Shown here: positions 17,400 through 28,475 of the stretch, one piece after another
How the letters are laid out: every line of letters starts with the position of its first letter
Numbering within the stretch: the first letter of the stretch is position 1
Source of the DNA: a bacterium
Lineage (GTDB): Bacteria; Patescibacteriota; Minisyncoccia; UBA6257; HR35
Direction of reading: 5' to 3'
DNA: 64,000 bases
Assembly: GCA_041640295.1 (NCBI GenBank)
Contig: JBEQAR010000003.1
Location: 6,489-70,488 of the forward strand
Position numbers and translations under genes: made by a program
Notes under the pieces: generated by a model
Databases searched by the model: none
What the model saw: the letters and a program-made list of their open reading frames with translations, nothing else
Told to the model about the DNA's origin: nothing

Positions 17400-18536
17400 A
17401 TGTTTCAAGTAATTAAAAAGTCCAAAAAATCAAAAGCAAGAATTGGAAAAATCATGACTCTTCATGGTGAGATTAAAACGCCAGCTTTTGTTCCGGTAGC
17501 TACTAAAGGTGTTATTAAAGCTTTAACTCATAATTTTATAAATGAAATAGGGATCCAGGTGGTATTTGTTAATACTTATCATCTCGTCAATCATCCGGGA
17601 ATAGAAATAATCGAAAAATTTGATGGAATTCATAATTTTGCTAATTTAAAAATACCTTTAATGAGTGATTCAGCTGGTTTTCAAGTTTTTTCCTTAGCTA
17701 ATAAAAAGAAAGCAAAACTGAGGAATGAAGATTCTGAAATTGAAGTAAAAATTTTAGATGATGGAGTTATTTTCAAATCAAATCGTGATGGAAGAGAAAT
17801 TTTATTTACTCCTGAAAAATCTATGGAATATCAAATAAAAATTGGAGCTGATATTATTGTTTCTTTTGATGAATGTATTCCTTATCCGACAACTTATGAT
17901 TACGCAAAATTAGCAACAAAAAGAACCCATGATTGGCTTTTAAGGTGTATTGATTATTTCTCAAAAAATAAAAGAAGTTATCAATATTTATATGGAGTGA
18001 TTCAGGGATCGGTTTTTGAGAATTTAAGAAAAGAATCGGCTAAATTTGTGATCTCTCAAGATATAGACGGTATTGCCATCGGTGGAGTTTCGGTTGGTGA
18101 GACTAAAGAAGAAATGAGGCTTGCAGTAAAATGGATTAGTGAATTTTTGCCAGATGAAAAACCGGTTCATCTTTTAGGTGTTGGGAGGGTTGATGATATT
18201 ATTGATTTAGTAATTTATGGTATTGATACTTTTGATTGTGCTGAACCAACTCGGATTGCTCGAACTGGTCATATTTATCAAATAAAAAATGAAAATAATT
18301 TAAGAGAATATTTAGAAACAATTGATATTAAAAAGAATATTTACAAAGACAGCCAAGAAAGAGTTGATCCGAAATGTACTTGTTATACTTGTCAAAATTT
18401 TTCAAAAGCTTATCTTCATCACTTATTTAAAGAAAAAGAGATAACCGCTTATATATTAGCAACTTATCACAATTTATTTTTAATGGAACGTTTTTTTGGA
18501 AAAATAAGAGAATTGATAGCTAATAATGGCATTTAA
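17400..18536 (+). CDS. tgt: tRNA-guanine transglycosylase
   Basis: NTYHL, DSAGFQVFSL, GGVSVGE, HLLGVG, CxCxxC...H zinc site. Confidence 0.96.
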   Translation: MFQVIKKSKKSKARIGKIMTLHGEIKTPAFVPVATKGVIKALTHNFINEIGIQVVFVNTYHLVNHPGIEIIEKFDGIHNFANLKIPLMSDSAGFQVFSLANKKKAKLRNEDSEIEVKILDDGVIFKSNRDGREILFTPEKSMEYQIKIGADIIVSFDECIPYPTTYDYAKLATKRTHDWLLRCIDYFSKNKRSYQYLYGVIQGSVFENLRKESAKFVISQDIDGIAIGGVSVGETKEEMRLAVKWISEFLPDEKPVHLLGVGRVDDIIDLVIYGIDTFDCAEPTRIARTGHIYQIKNENNLREYLETIDIKKNIYKDSQERVDPKCTCYTCQNFSKAYLHHLFKEKEITAYILATYHNLFLMERFFGKIRELIANNGI

Positions 18537-18621
18537 TCAAAAATTCTAAATAAAAAATATTCTAGATATAGTTATTTATATTTTAATCAAAAATAGAATG
18601 GATTCATTCAAATAATAAAAT

Positions 18622-20304
18622 CTATTTAGCTGCACTTTTTATAAATTCAATAAACAATGGATGGGGATAAAGAAATCTTGATTTAAATTCTGGATGAAAC
18701 TGAGTACCGAGAAAGAAAGGATGGATTTTGGAAGGAAGCTCACCGATTTCCACCAATAAACCTTTTTGTGATATTCCTGAAAAAACAAATCCGTATTTTT
18801 GTAAAATTTTGTGATATTTAGGATTAATTTCATAACGATGACGATGTCTTTCTAAAACCGCGAACTGTCGCAAACGGTACGCGGACTGTTGCAAACCTTG
18901 TCTGCGGTAGTCTGCGTCTTTATAAGCTTTATAAGCAATTGTTCCTTTTTTAATTTGGCATTCCCAATTACCAAGTCTCATTGTCCCTCCATACAGTTTT
19001 TCTTTTAATAATTTCTTTTGTTCTTCTAAAATATCAACAACCGGATATTTCGTTTTAGGATTAACTTCAGTAGTATGAGCTCCTTTTAAGCCACAAACAT
19101 TGCGAGCAAATTCAACTACCATTAGTTGCAACCCATAACACAAGCCAAAGCAAGGAATTTTATTTTCTCGGCAATACTGAATTGCTAAAATTTTTCCCTC
19201 AACTCCTCGAGAACCAAAACCACCAGGAATAATAATCCCGTGATAATTTTTTAATTCTTCTAATTTATTTTTATTATTTTCATATTCTTCAGAATTTAAC
19301 CAAACGATTTTGGGTCGATAGCCCAAATACCAACTTGCATGTTTTATGGCTTCAATAACGGAAATATAAGCATCTGACAAAATAAAATCTCCAGTTTGAA
19401 AATATTTTCCAACAATACCTATTTTAATTTCTTTGTTTAACCTTTCAATATTTATTATCTTTTTCTGCCAAAGATTAAAACTTGTAATTTGAAATTTCTT
19501 ATTTTTTAAATTTAACTTTAATAATATTTTTCTTCCTAAATTTTCTTTTTCAAAGTTTAGGGGTATTTTATAGATGTTTGTTTCATCTGGAGCAGAGATA
19601 ATAAATTGATGATTCATATTGCAATTAAAAGCTATTTTTTCCTTTCTGGGTTGATCTAATGGTTTAATAGCTCGAGCCAAAACAAAATCTGGCTGAAGAC
19701 CAACTGAGTTAAGGGTTCGGATAGCATATTGGGTTGGTTTAGTTTTTAATTCTCCACCTTCGCCTTGATAAGGTAAATAACTAACTAAAATTAAAATAAC
19801 ATCTTTGGGATTTTGAAGTTTAAGAATTCTTGCTGCCTCTAAAAATAAAACATTTTGATATTCACCTACTGTTCCACCAATTTCAACAATAACAATCTCT
19901 GCTTTAGTTAATTTTTGAGCTTGATTAATTTTTTCAATAACTTCTAAGGGAACATGAGGAACAACTTCAACACACTTACCATCAAAATACAAACTTCTTT
20001 CTTTCTGAATTAATGAGAGATAAACGCTTCCTGTAGTCATATAATTTTCTTTGGTAAATTCCTTATTCAAAAATCTTTCATAATGCCCCATATCTTGATC
20101 ACATTCAGTTCCATCCTTTAGAACAAAAACTTCACCATGCTCAATTGGATTCATTGTTCCCGCATCGACATTAACATAAGGATCAATTTTGAGACAAGTA
20201 GTTTTATAGCCGTGCCATTCTAAAATTCGAGCAATTGAGGCGGTAGCAATTCCCTTACCCACTCCAGACATTACTCCCCCACAAATAAAAATATATTTTG
20301 CCAT
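18622..20304 (-). CDS. pyrG: CTP synthase
   Basis: GGVMSGVGKG, DPYVNVDAGTM, GGFGSRG, CYGLQ, ERHRHRYE, QFHPE. Confidence 0.97.
   Translation of the reverse strand: MAKYIFICGGVMSGVGKGIATASIARILEWHGYKTTCLKIDPYVNVDAGTMNPIEHGEVFVLKDGTECDQDMGHYERFLNKEFTKENYMTTGSVYLSLIQKERSLYFDGKCVEVVPHVPLEVIEKINQAQKLTKAEIVIVEIGGTVGEYQNVLFLEAARILKLQNPKDVILILVSYLPYQGEGGELKTKPTQYAIRTLNSVGLQPDFVLARAIKPLDQPRKEKIAFNCNMNHQFIISAPDETNIYKIPLNFEKENLGRKILLKLNLKNKKFQITSFNLWQKKIINIERLNKEIKIGIVGKYFQTGDFILSDAYISVIEAIKHASWYLGYRPKIVWLNSEEYENNKNKLEELKNYHGIIIPGGFGSRGVEGKILAIQYCRENKIPCFGLCYGLQLMVVEFARNVCGLKGAHTTEVNPKTKYPVVDILEEQKKLLKEKLYGGTMRLGNWECQIKKGTIAYKAYKDADYRRQGLQQSAYRLRQFAVLERHRHRYEINPKYHKILQKYGFVFSGISQKGLLVEIGELPSKIHPFFLGTQFHPEFKSRFLYPHPLFIEFIKSAAK
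18859..18917. repeat. GC-rich triple 17-bp motif (two direct copies, one inverted) inserted in frame in pyrG
   Basis: CGCGAACTGTCGCAAAC (18859-75), CGCGGACTGTTGCAAAC (18880-96), inverted GTCTGCGGTAGTCTGCG (18900-16). Confidence 0.8.
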
Positions 20305-20343
20305 TGGTATGTTAAAAATTAATTTTTATTTTAAAACAAAATT

Positions 20344-22977
20344 TTAAATATTTCTTATTTTTAATATCCTCATAATAAATTTATAAATTTCTCCCACAAA
20401 AAATATTAATGAACTTAAAAAGAAAATAACTATAAATTCGGTTATCCTTATTTCAGAAAATTTTAAAATATCTCTTAAGGCTGGATTGAAAATAACAAAA
20501 TATTGCAAAAAAACCGAGAAGATAGCTCCAACTAATAAATAAACATTGAGCTTGAAGCTTAAAGTAAAAATACTTTTGTGTAATGATCTTAAATTAATAG
20601 CATTAAATATTTGGGTAAGGCTCATAATTAAAAAAGCATAAGTTCTAGCTTTATCTAAATTAAATAAATATTCACTAGAAAAAATTAAGATTGTTAGAAT
20701 CATCATAGTCGTAGCCATAATCAAAAGAAATGGAATAAGGTCTAAAGTAATTAATGATTCTTTAGGGTGACGGGGTTTCGTTTTCATTTCATACCCATGC
20801 TCTTTTTCAAAAGCTAAAGTGGTACCAACTAAAGTATCAGTGACAAAATTTAAAAATAAAATATGGGTTGGTTTTAAAATAAACGGATAGCCTAAAATCA
20901 AAGATGTTAAAATAGTAAAAGCTTCAGCAACATTAGTAGTAATTAAGAAGAAAACAACCTTTTTTAAATTATTAAAAATTTTTCTTCCTTCAGTAAAACC
21001 AGCAACTAAACTTTCTAAATTATCATCAACTAAAATAATATCACTGGCTGATTTAGCAATTTCTGAACCTCTTTTTCCCATACAAACACCAACTTCAGCT
21101 TTTTTAAGTCCTAATACATCATTAACACCATCACCTATATAAGCAACACTATAACCTAATTTTTGATAAAGCTCTAAAATTTTTAATTTCGTTTCTGGGG
21201 TAATACGGGCGAGAATATAAGTATTTTTTAATTGCTCCAATAATTCTTTTTCACTTAATTTTTCAATCTCAGTTTCATCCAAAGCATTTAAATTTTCAAA
21301 ACCAATTTCTTTAGCAATATAAATAGCGGTTGCTTTATGATCTCCAGTTAAAATTCTAATATCAACACCAGCTTGTTTTAATTTTTGAATAGTTTCTTTA
21401 ACTTCTTTTTTAGGTGGATCATATAAAGCAATCAAACCAACAAAAATTAAATTTTCTTCTTTTTCACCTTCATTAAACGCAACAGCTAAAACCGAAAAGC
21501 CATTTTCGGCATATTGCAAGCCTTGATTTAAAATTTCATTTTTATTTTTAAATTCTTCTACACCCTTATAAGACAAAATAAATTCACAGTCATCAATAAT
21601 TTTTTCAAAAGCACCCAAATAATAAGATTCAATTCTCTCATGTTCAACGATGGCTCTTTTATGTTTCTTTACTCGCAAAAACGATTCTCTTTTCTTGATT
21701 TTTTCAACGGCTAAAACATTTTCTTTTTTAATACCAGCTTTTTCTAAAAGAATTATTAAAGCAATATCTCGAGCACTACCTTTTGTTTTGATTTCACTAC
21801 CATCTTTAATAATTTTTCCCTCGGTTAAAACGGCTAAAATATTTAAAAGCTTAACCAAAGGATAATTTTCAAAAATGTTTATTTCTTTTCTGTTTTTCAA
21901 AAATTTTCCTTCTAAATTTAAGCCTTCGCCAGTTATTTCAATTTCTTCATTATCGACGAAAATTTTTCTAGCAGTCATTAAATTCTCAGTTAAAGTACCA
22001 GTTTTATCAGAAAGCAAAAGGTTAATTACTGATAAATTTTCTGTTGCTTTTAAGTTTTTAACTAAAATATTCTTTTTATATAAGGCATAAGCGCTAACAA
22101 CTAAAATAACAGTAATAATAACAGGAAGACCCTCGGGAATTGATGACACAAGACTAGATAAAACAAAAAGTAAAGTATCTGACCAAGGATAAGATCTTTG
22201 AAAAGAAAAATAAAAAATTAATATTGAAGTTGAGAGCGCTATTAAAATCATTTTCAAAATTAAATCTTTAGCGAGCTTCTCAAAATGGGGGGTAGTTCTT
22301 TCAATTTTTTTAAATTTTTTATATATTTTTCCTAAATAAGTTTCTAAAGCAGTCGCAACAACAATCCCTTTGCCCTTACCTTCAACAACATAACTGCCCA
22401 TAAAACCAATATTTTTCATTTCAGGAATTTGCGTTTGTTCTGGTAAGGTTTTAATGTCTTTTTCTACTGGCAAAGACTCACCAGTTAAAATTGATTCATC
22501 AATTCTTAAATCATCAACCTCAAATAATCTTAAATCAGCAGGTATGATATCACCTTCTTCAATATAAACAATATCACCAGGAACAATATTTTCAGCTTCA
22601 ATTTCTTTAATTTCGCCATCCCTTAAAACCTTAGCTTTTGGTTTAAAAAGTTGTTTTAGTTTTTCTAATGTTTTTTCTGTTCTTAATTCAAAAAAGAAAC
22701 CAATAAAAACATTAACTAAAATTATTAAAAGGACAACAAAAAAATCAGCGTATTTTTCTAAATAAAAGGTGAGAATTAAAACAAAAAATAAAACAATATT
22801 AAAAATATTTTTAAATTGCTTCAAAAAAATTAAGATTAAAGATTCTTTTTCTTCGGGTAGTAAATTTTTATTAAATTTCTTTAACCTCTCCTGAGCTTCA
22901 CTTTCTTTTAAGCCACTAAGGTTAGTATTTAATTCAATTAAAATTTGTTCAATAGAAATTGAATGCCAATTTTTCAT
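20344..22977 (-). CDS. Cation-transporting P-type ATPase (type IIA-like)
   Basis: LTGES, IPEGLP, DKTGTLT, TGDH, GDGVND. Confidence 0.93.
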   Translation of the reverse strand: MKNWHSISIEQILIELNTNLSGLKESEAQERLKKFNKNLLPEEKESLILIFLKQFKNIFNIVLFFVLILTFYLEKYADFFVVLLIILVNVFIGFFFELRTEKTLEKLKQLFKPKAKVLRDGEIKEIEAENIVPGDIVYIEEGDIIPADLRLFEVDDLRIDESILTGESLPVEKDIKTLPEQTQIPEMKNIGFMGSYVVEGKGKGIVVATALETYLGKIYKKFKKIERTTPHFEKLAKDLILKMILIALSTSILIFYFSFQRSYPWSDTLLFVLSSLVSSIPEGLPVIITVILVVSAYALYKKNILVKNLKATENLSVINLLLSDKTGTLTENLMTARKIFVDNEEIEITGEGLNLEGKFLKNRKEINIFENYPLVKLLNILAVLTEGKIIKDGSEIKTKGSARDIALIILLEKAGIKKENVLAVEKIKKRESFLRVKKHKRAIVEHERIESYYLGAFEKIIDDCEFILSYKGVEEFKNKNEILNQGLQYAENGFSVLAVAFNEGEKEENLIFVGLIALYDPPKKEVKETIQKLKQAGVDIRILTGDHKATAIYIAKEIGFENLNALDETEIEKLSEKELLEQLKNTYILARITPETKLKILELYQKLGYSVAYIGDGVNDVLGLKKAEVGVCMGKRGSEIAKSASDIILVDDNLESLVAGFTEGRKIFNNLKKVVFFLITTNVAEAFTILTSLILGYPFILKPTHILFLNFVTDTLVGTTLAFEKEHGYEMKTKPRHPKESLITLDLIPFLLIMATTMMILTILIFSSEYLFNLDKARTYAFLIMSLTQIFNAINLRSLHKSIFTLSFKLNVYLLVGAIFSVFLQYFVIFNPALRDILKFSEIRITEFIVIFFLSSLIFFVGEIYKFIMRILKIRNI

Positions 22978-23001
22978 TTAAATTAAATTTTACCTTAAAT
23001 T

Positions 23002-24759
23002 TTAAACTTTGATAACAACTGGTATAACAACTGGTCTTCTTTTAGTTTTTAAATATAGAAATTGAGAAATTTCCTCTTTAAGAGAGTATTTTATTTGTTC
23101 TTCTTGAATAACTGAAGCTTCATCACCTAAATATTTTGTATTTTTTGCTACAATTTCTCTAACTAAATTTCTTACTTCATTTAATAAATCCTTAGATTCC
23201 TTCAAAAAGATAAAACCTCGAGAAATAATATCGGGACTGGTTTTAATTTCTCCTGTTTGAGCATCAATATTAACAACTACTACAAAAATACCCTCTTCAG
23301 CTAAAGCTTTTCTATCTCGCAAAACTAAATCTCCAATATTTCCTAAACCTAAACCATCAACATAAATCAAGTTAGCTGGGACCCTTTCTTTGGTTAGTTC
23401 TATTCTATCACCATACATTTTTACTACTTGACCATTAGAAGAAATAATAATTTTTTCTCGAGGAATACCCAAATCAATACCAATTTCTTCAACTGCTTTC
23501 ATCATAAAATAATGACCATGAACGGGCATTAAATAATTCGGCTTAACTAAATTAATAAATAATCTAATATCATCAGCGAAGGCATGACCAGAAGCGTGAA
23601 TATCCATCATCTGATAATGATAAATTTTTGCTCCCTGCTTAGTAAGAGTATCTTTAAGTGTTTGAATAATTCGTTCATTGCCTGGAATAACTGAAGAGGA
23701 AAAAATAACTGAGTCATTATTAATGATTTTAAAATATCTATGTTCTTTATTAGCTATTCTCATTAGTGCTGAACCTTCTTCAGCTTGAGATCCAGTACAA
23801 ATAATCAAAACTCGATGAGGCGGTAATTTAAATGATTCCTCTGGCCTAATAAAAATTCCTTTTTCATATTTTAAATATCCTAATCTTTTTGTTACTTCAA
23901 CATTTATTCTCATTGTATGTCCATCAATTACAACTTTTCGGCCATAAATACCAGCTAAATAAATTAATTGCTGAATTCTTTCAATTAAAGAAGCAAAAGT
24001 AGAAGCAATAATTCTACCTTTAGCTTTTTTAAAAATATCTTCAAGATTTTCCATAATTTTTCTTTCTGAAATAATATGTCCTGGTTCAGGAGCATTAGTT
24101 GAATCAATCATCAAAAGATCAACTCCTTGTTGAGCTAATTTTACTACTCGAGATAAGTCTGCTGGTTTATCAAAAAAGGGCGTGAAATCAATTTTAAAGT
24201 CACCAGTATGCACAATATTACCTACCGGAGTTTTAATAAAAAACCCAATTGAGTCTGGAATATTGTGATTAACATGAAAATACTCAATGAAAAAATCTCC
24301 TAATTTAATTGGTTTATACTCTTCTTTTTTTATTTCATAAATTTCTAATTTTTGTAATTTCGGAAAGTCTTCTTGTCTTTTGATAATTAGTCCTTTAGTT
24401 AGAGGAGTAGTATAAATAGGAGGATAATTTAATCTTTCAATAATATAAGGAATAGCGCCAATATGATCATAATGTCCATGAGTTATTAAAATTCCTAAAA
24501 TCTTATCTTTTTTTTCTTCTAGATAACTGATATCAGGAATAATATAATCAACACCTAAAACATTTTCAGCTTCAGGATAACCTAAACCTACATCTAAAAT
24601 TAAAATTTGTTCAGGACCCTTTTCTGGACACCATTCAAATACCGTTAAATTACGACCAACTTCTTCTAAACCACCTAAAGCAATAATTTTTAAAAACCCT
24701 TCCTTTTTTAATTGTTTAATTTTTCTTTTAACTGCTACTTGTTGACCTACAGTTACCAT
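23002..24759 (-). CDS. rnj: Ribonuclease J
   Basis: GGLEEVGRN, THGHYDHIG, HTGDFK, HASGHA, PVHG. Confidence 0.95.
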   Translation of the reverse strand: MVTVGQQVAVKRKIKQLKKEGFLKIIALGGLEEVGRNLTVFEWCPEKGPEQILILDVGLGYPEAENVLGVDYIIPDISYLEEKKDKILGILITHGHYDHIGAIPYIIERLNYPPIYTTPLTKGLIIKRQEDFPKLQKLEIYEIKKEEYKPIKLGDFFIEYFHVNHNIPDSIGFFIKTPVGNIVHTGDFKIDFTPFFDKPADLSRVVKLAQQGVDLLMIDSTNAPEPGHIISERKIMENLEDIFKKAKGRIIASTFASLIERIQQLIYLAGIYGRKVVIDGHTMRINVEVTKRLGYLKYEKGIFIRPEESFKLPPHRVLIICTGSQAEEGSALMRIANKEHRYFKIINNDSVIFSSSVIPGNERIIQTLKDTLTKQGAKIYHYQMMDIHASGHAFADDIRLFINLVKPNYLMPVHGHYFMMKAVEEIGIDLGIPREKIIISSNGQVVKMYGDRIELTKERVPANLIYVDGLGLGNIGDLVLRDRKALAEEGIFVVVVNIDAQTGEIKTSPDIISRGFIFLKESKDLLNEVRNLVREIVAKNTKYLGDEASVIQEEQIKYSLKEEISQFLYLKTKRRPVVIPVVIKV

Positions 24760-24806
24760 AATATCGCAAATTAATTAGATTAATTACGACTTAATTGATT
24801 GTGGAT

Positions 24807-24892
24807 TGCCGAGGGCCGGACTCGAACCGGCAAGGATTTTAACATCCACAAGGTTCTGAACCTTGCGCGTTTACCAATTTCGCCACCTCGGC
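24807..24892 (-). tRNA. tRNA-Leu (CAG)
   Basis: GCCGAGG acceptor, CAAGG-TTCAGAA-CCTTG, long variable arm, GCCGG-TTCGAGT-CCGGC. Confidence 0.96.
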
Positions 24893-24903
24893 TTATTTTA
24901 AGT

Positions 24904-25308
24904 TTACCTAAGAATAAAAATTCTTAAATTCTTTAATTCTTGATTGTCTTTTTCTACAGTAAAATTGAATTTCCATTCAAAAGGAGATGTTAATACTTTA
25001 GTAGCAATCAAACCGGAAATGGTTTTAATTTCTGGATTAATTTCAGGTAAACTAAAATATGAATTAATATCTTGATAAGTTAACGATTTATCTGTTGCTG
25101 GTAAATAGTCATTATTTGAAATTTCATTTAAGGCTAAATTAAGTGATGAATATTGACCATAAAAAATTTTAGTATTAGCTATAATTAGATTAGAAAATTG
25201 CATTTCTTTAAAAAACACAAAACCAAATAAAACTAAAAAGGTTAAACTTAAAATAAAAATTAAAATTAAAAAAGAAAAAGAAGCTTGACCAATATTTAAA
25301 AACTCCAT
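24904..25308 (-). CDS. Minor pilin-like (PilX-like) membrane protein
   Basis: G|QASF followed by a hydrophobic helix; last of three overlapping pilin-like ORFs. Confidence 0.45.
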   Translation of the reverse strand: MEFLNIGQASFSFLILIFILSLTFLVLFGFVFFKEMQFSNLIIANTKIFYGQYSSLNLALNEISNNDYLPATDKSLTYQDINSYFSLPEINPEIKTISGLIATKVLTSPFEWKFNFTVEKDNQELKNLRIFILR

Positions 25309-25775
25309 AAATATAAAGTAGTTGTTAAATTTAATATTTGATCGTTTGATATATTAGACATCTTGATAAAAACATTGTAGAAATCGGAAGTAGTAGAAAC
25401 ATTAAACTCATTAATATTAATTTTTTCTGAAGTAAACGGTGCGCTGGTTGATTCATCTTCCAAATAAAGACGACTGCTTGTTAAAAATATCTTTTCATAA
25501 CCACCTGGATTGAGATTAAATTTTATACTAGTAGCCGTTGCCTCAACTGATGTAGCTATGATTGAATTAAAATAAAGCTTGTTCAAAATCTTAAAACTTT
25601 CGTTCCTAAAAGTAACTTTGTCTAAATAGATATTAGAATAAAATATTATACTATAAAAAATTGATATTGCCAAAAGGCTTAAAATGCTAATTACTGCAAT
25701 ATAAATAAGCAATTCTATTAAGGTAAAAGCTTGATTATGATTATTATTCCGGGGTTGATAATTGGATCTTATCAT
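25296..25775 (-). CDS. Type IV prepilin-like protein
   Basis: A|FTLIELLIYIAVISIL N-methylation motif. Confidence 0.8.
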   Translation of the reverse strand: MIRSNYQPRNNNHNQAFTLIELLIYIAVISILSLLAISIFYSIIFYSNIYLDKVTFRNESFKILNKLYFNSIIATSVEATATSIKFNLNPGGYEKIFLTSSRLYLEDESTSAPFTSEKININEFNVSTTSDFYNVFIKMSNISNDQILNLTTTLYLWSF

Positions 25776-26280
25776 TTATTTGAATGCCTTGTGATTTTTG
25801 ATAATATTGATTAACATTAGGATTGGTTGTCAAATCGATAACTGTATCGGTTGCTACTTCCCATTTATCTTGAATGAATATTTTATCTTTCAAACCAGAT
25901 AATAATAAAGGAAAAGAATAAACATTAAATGGTGATTGAATATAAACAGTAATTAAATTATCTTTATTAATTTCAAACCATTGATAATAATCATTGTTAA
26001 AATTTTCTTTACCAATTTTAATTTCATAACCTGTAGTTGTTGGTGATAAAAAATAAGGTTGATCAACTAATAAAGATTCAAATTGAGAAAACGATTTTCT
26101 TGATAAACCAATTAGAATATTTTGATAATTTAATGACCTGTTAAAAACAATGATTGATTCTTCAATAGATTGAATAAATTTCGGCACGGCGTTAAAAATT
26201 AAAAATAATATTAAAGATAAAAAAGCTAAAATCAATATTCCAACTAAAACCTCAACAAGTAATTGACCATTAAATAGCAT
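25744..26280 (-). CDS. Type IV prepilin-like protein
   Basis: G|QLLVEVLVGILIL with Glu at +5. Confidence 0.65.
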   Translation of the reverse strand: MLFNGQLLVEVLVGILILAFLSLILFLIFNAVPKFIQSIEESIIVFNRSLNYQNILIGLSRKSFSQFESLLVDQPYFLSPTTTGYEIKIGKENFNNDYYQWFEINKDNLITVYIQSPFNVYSFPLLLSGLKDKIFIQDKWEVATDTVIDLTTNPNVNQYYQKSQGIQINDKIQLSTPE

Positions 26281-26285
26281 TTAAA

Positions 26286-28415
26286 TTATTTTTTTATCGG
26301 TTGTCTATTGTTAATAATATTATCAAATAAATACTGAGGTACTTCTTGATAATTAGAAAACTCCATATAACTAAAACCTCTTCCTTGAGTAAGCGATCTT
26401 AGAACAGTAACATAACCAAACATTTCTGCTAAAGGAACTTTAGCTAAAATTTTTTTCATTTCTCCTGTATCCACAACTTCTTCAATTTTTGCCCTTCGGC
26501 TAGCTAAATCTCCAGTAACATCCCCCAAAAATTCTGTTGGTACAAAAACTTCTAATTTCATTATTGGTTCTAAAAATATTGGATTAGCTTTTTTCACTGC
26601 ATCTTTTAAGGCAATTTCAGCAGCGATTTTAAAGGCTAAATCAGAAGAGTCAACTTCATGAAAAGAACCATCAAAAAGGGTTACCTTAATATCTGTTACT
26701 GGATAACCAGCGATTACCCCTTTTTCAATTGTCTCTCTAATTCCCTTTTCAACTGCCGGGATAAAATTATCAGGGATAACACCGCTTCTAATTGCATTAA
26801 TAAACTCAAAACCTTTATTTCTTTCTAATGGCTCTACTTTAATTACCACATGACCATATTGACCGCGCCCACCACTTTGCCTAATATATTTTCCTTCACT
26901 CTCTACTGATTTAGTAATTGTTTCGCGATAAGCCACTTGAGGAGCACCAACATTTGTTTCAACTTTAAATTCTCTCTTGAGACGATCTACCATAATTTCT
27001 AAATGTAATTCACCCATGCCACCGATTAAGGTATCACCAGTTTCTGGATCAACTTTGATTTTGAATGTTGGATCTTCATCGCTTAATGCTTTTAAATAAA
27101 CACCCATTTTTTCTTGATCTTGTTTTGTTTTAGGCTCAATTTTCATCCAAATAACCGGATCAGCGAATTTTATTGATTCTAAAATAATTGGCGCTTTGGG
27201 ACTGCAAATTGTATCACCGGTTTTTAAATCTTTAATACCAACAATAGCACCAATATCGCCAGCAAATAGTTCTTCAACTTCTTCTCTTTGATTGGCATGC
27301 ATAATCACCAACCTACCTATCTTGAACGATTCGTTAGTTCTTGTATTTAAAACAACATCTCCTCTTTTTAAAGTACCAGAGTAAACCCTAATATAAACCA
27401 AGGTACCAACAAAAGGATCAATAGCTAACTTAAATGCTAATGATGAAAAAGGTTCTTGGTCATTTGGTTTTCTTGAAACTTCTAAATTTGTTTTTGGATC
27501 AAATCCTTTAATTTCAACCAAATCAACTGGTGAGGGTAAAAAATCTACCACGCCATCTAATACTAATTGAACTCCTTTATTCTTTAAAGAAGAACCACAA
27601 TAAACAGGAATAAATTCGTATCGAATACATGCTCGCCTAATTGCTGATCTAATATCGTTTTCGTTAAAATTTTCTTCTAAATATTTATTCATAAATTCTT
27701 CGTCAGATTCAGCTAATTTTTCTAACATCAATTTTCGATAATGTTGAGCTTCAGAAAGTAAATTTTCGGGAATATCTTTTCTAACCAACCGATCACCTTT
27801 TTCTCCCTCAAAATAAACTGCTTGCATCGTAATTAAATCAATAACTCCACTAAAGTTTTCTTCTCTACCAATAGGAATAGTTACTGGTACAGCGTTTTTG
27901 GTTAATCGATCGTTAATTGATTTAAGCGAATCTTCGAAACTAGCCCCCATTCTATCTAATTTATTAATAAAACAAATTCTAGGAACTCGATATTTATCAG
28001 CCTGATGCCAAACTGTTTCTGATTGAGCTTCAACCCCCTGAACACCATCAAAAACAACTACAGCTCCATCTAAAACCCTAAGTGACCTTTCGACTTCAGC
28101 TGTAAAATCAACATGACCAGGAGTATCAATGATGTTAATTTTATATTCTCCTTTAATTCTTTCTTCTTTTGTTTCAGCTTCCTTTAAATAACTTTGTGTC
28201 CAGAAACAAGTAACCGCAGCAGCAGTAATTGTAATTCCTCTTTCTCTTTCTTGCGGCATCCAGTCAGTAACTGTCGTTCCTTCATGAACTTCACCAATTT
28301 TGTGAGAAATTCCAGTGTAATACAAAATTCTCTCAGTAGTTGTTGTTTTCCCAGCATCAATATGAGCAATAATTCCAATATTTCTTGTTTTTTCAATTGG
28401 ATATGTTCTGGCCAT
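26286..28415 (-). CDS. fusA: Elongation factor G
   Basis: [35 protein letters not shown]. Confidence 0.98.
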   Translation of the reverse strand: MARTYPIEKTRNIGIIAHIDAGKTTTTERILYYTGISHKIGEVHEGTTVTDWMPQERERGITITAAAVTCFWTQSYLKEAETKEERIKGEYKINIIDTPGHVDFTAEVERSLRVLDGAVVVFDGVQGVEAQSETVWHQADKYRVPRICFINKLDRMGASFEDSLKSINDRLTKNAVPVTIPIGREENFSGVIDLITMQAVYFEGEKGDRLVRKDIPENLLSEAQHYRKLMLEKLAESDEEFMNKYLEENFNENDIRSAIRRACIRYEFIPVYCGSSLKNKGVQLVLDGVVDFLPSPVDLVEIKGFDPKTNLEVSRKPNDQEPFSSLAFKLAIDPFVGTLVYIRVYSGTLKRGDVVLNTRTNESFKIGRLVIMHANQREEVEELFAGDIGAIVGIKDLKTGDTICSPKAPIILESIKFADPVIWMKIEPKTKQDQEKMGVYLKALSDEDPTFKIKVDPETGDTLIGGMGELHLEIMVDRLKREFKVETNVGAPQVAYRETITKSVESEGKYIRQSGGRGQYGHVVIKVEPLERNKGFEFINAIRSGVIPDNFIPAVEKGIRETIEKGVIAGYPVTDIKVTLFDGSFHEVDSSDLAFKIAAEIALKDAVKKANPIFLEPIMKLEVFVPTEFLGDVTGDLASRRAKIEEVVDTGEMKKILAKVPLAEMFGYVTVLRSLTQGRGFSYMEFSNYQEVPQYLFDNIINNRQPIKK

Positions 28416-28475
28416 TTTTAGTATAAATTACAATTTAGAATTTAAAAAGTTTATGTTAATTAAATAAATCTTGTT

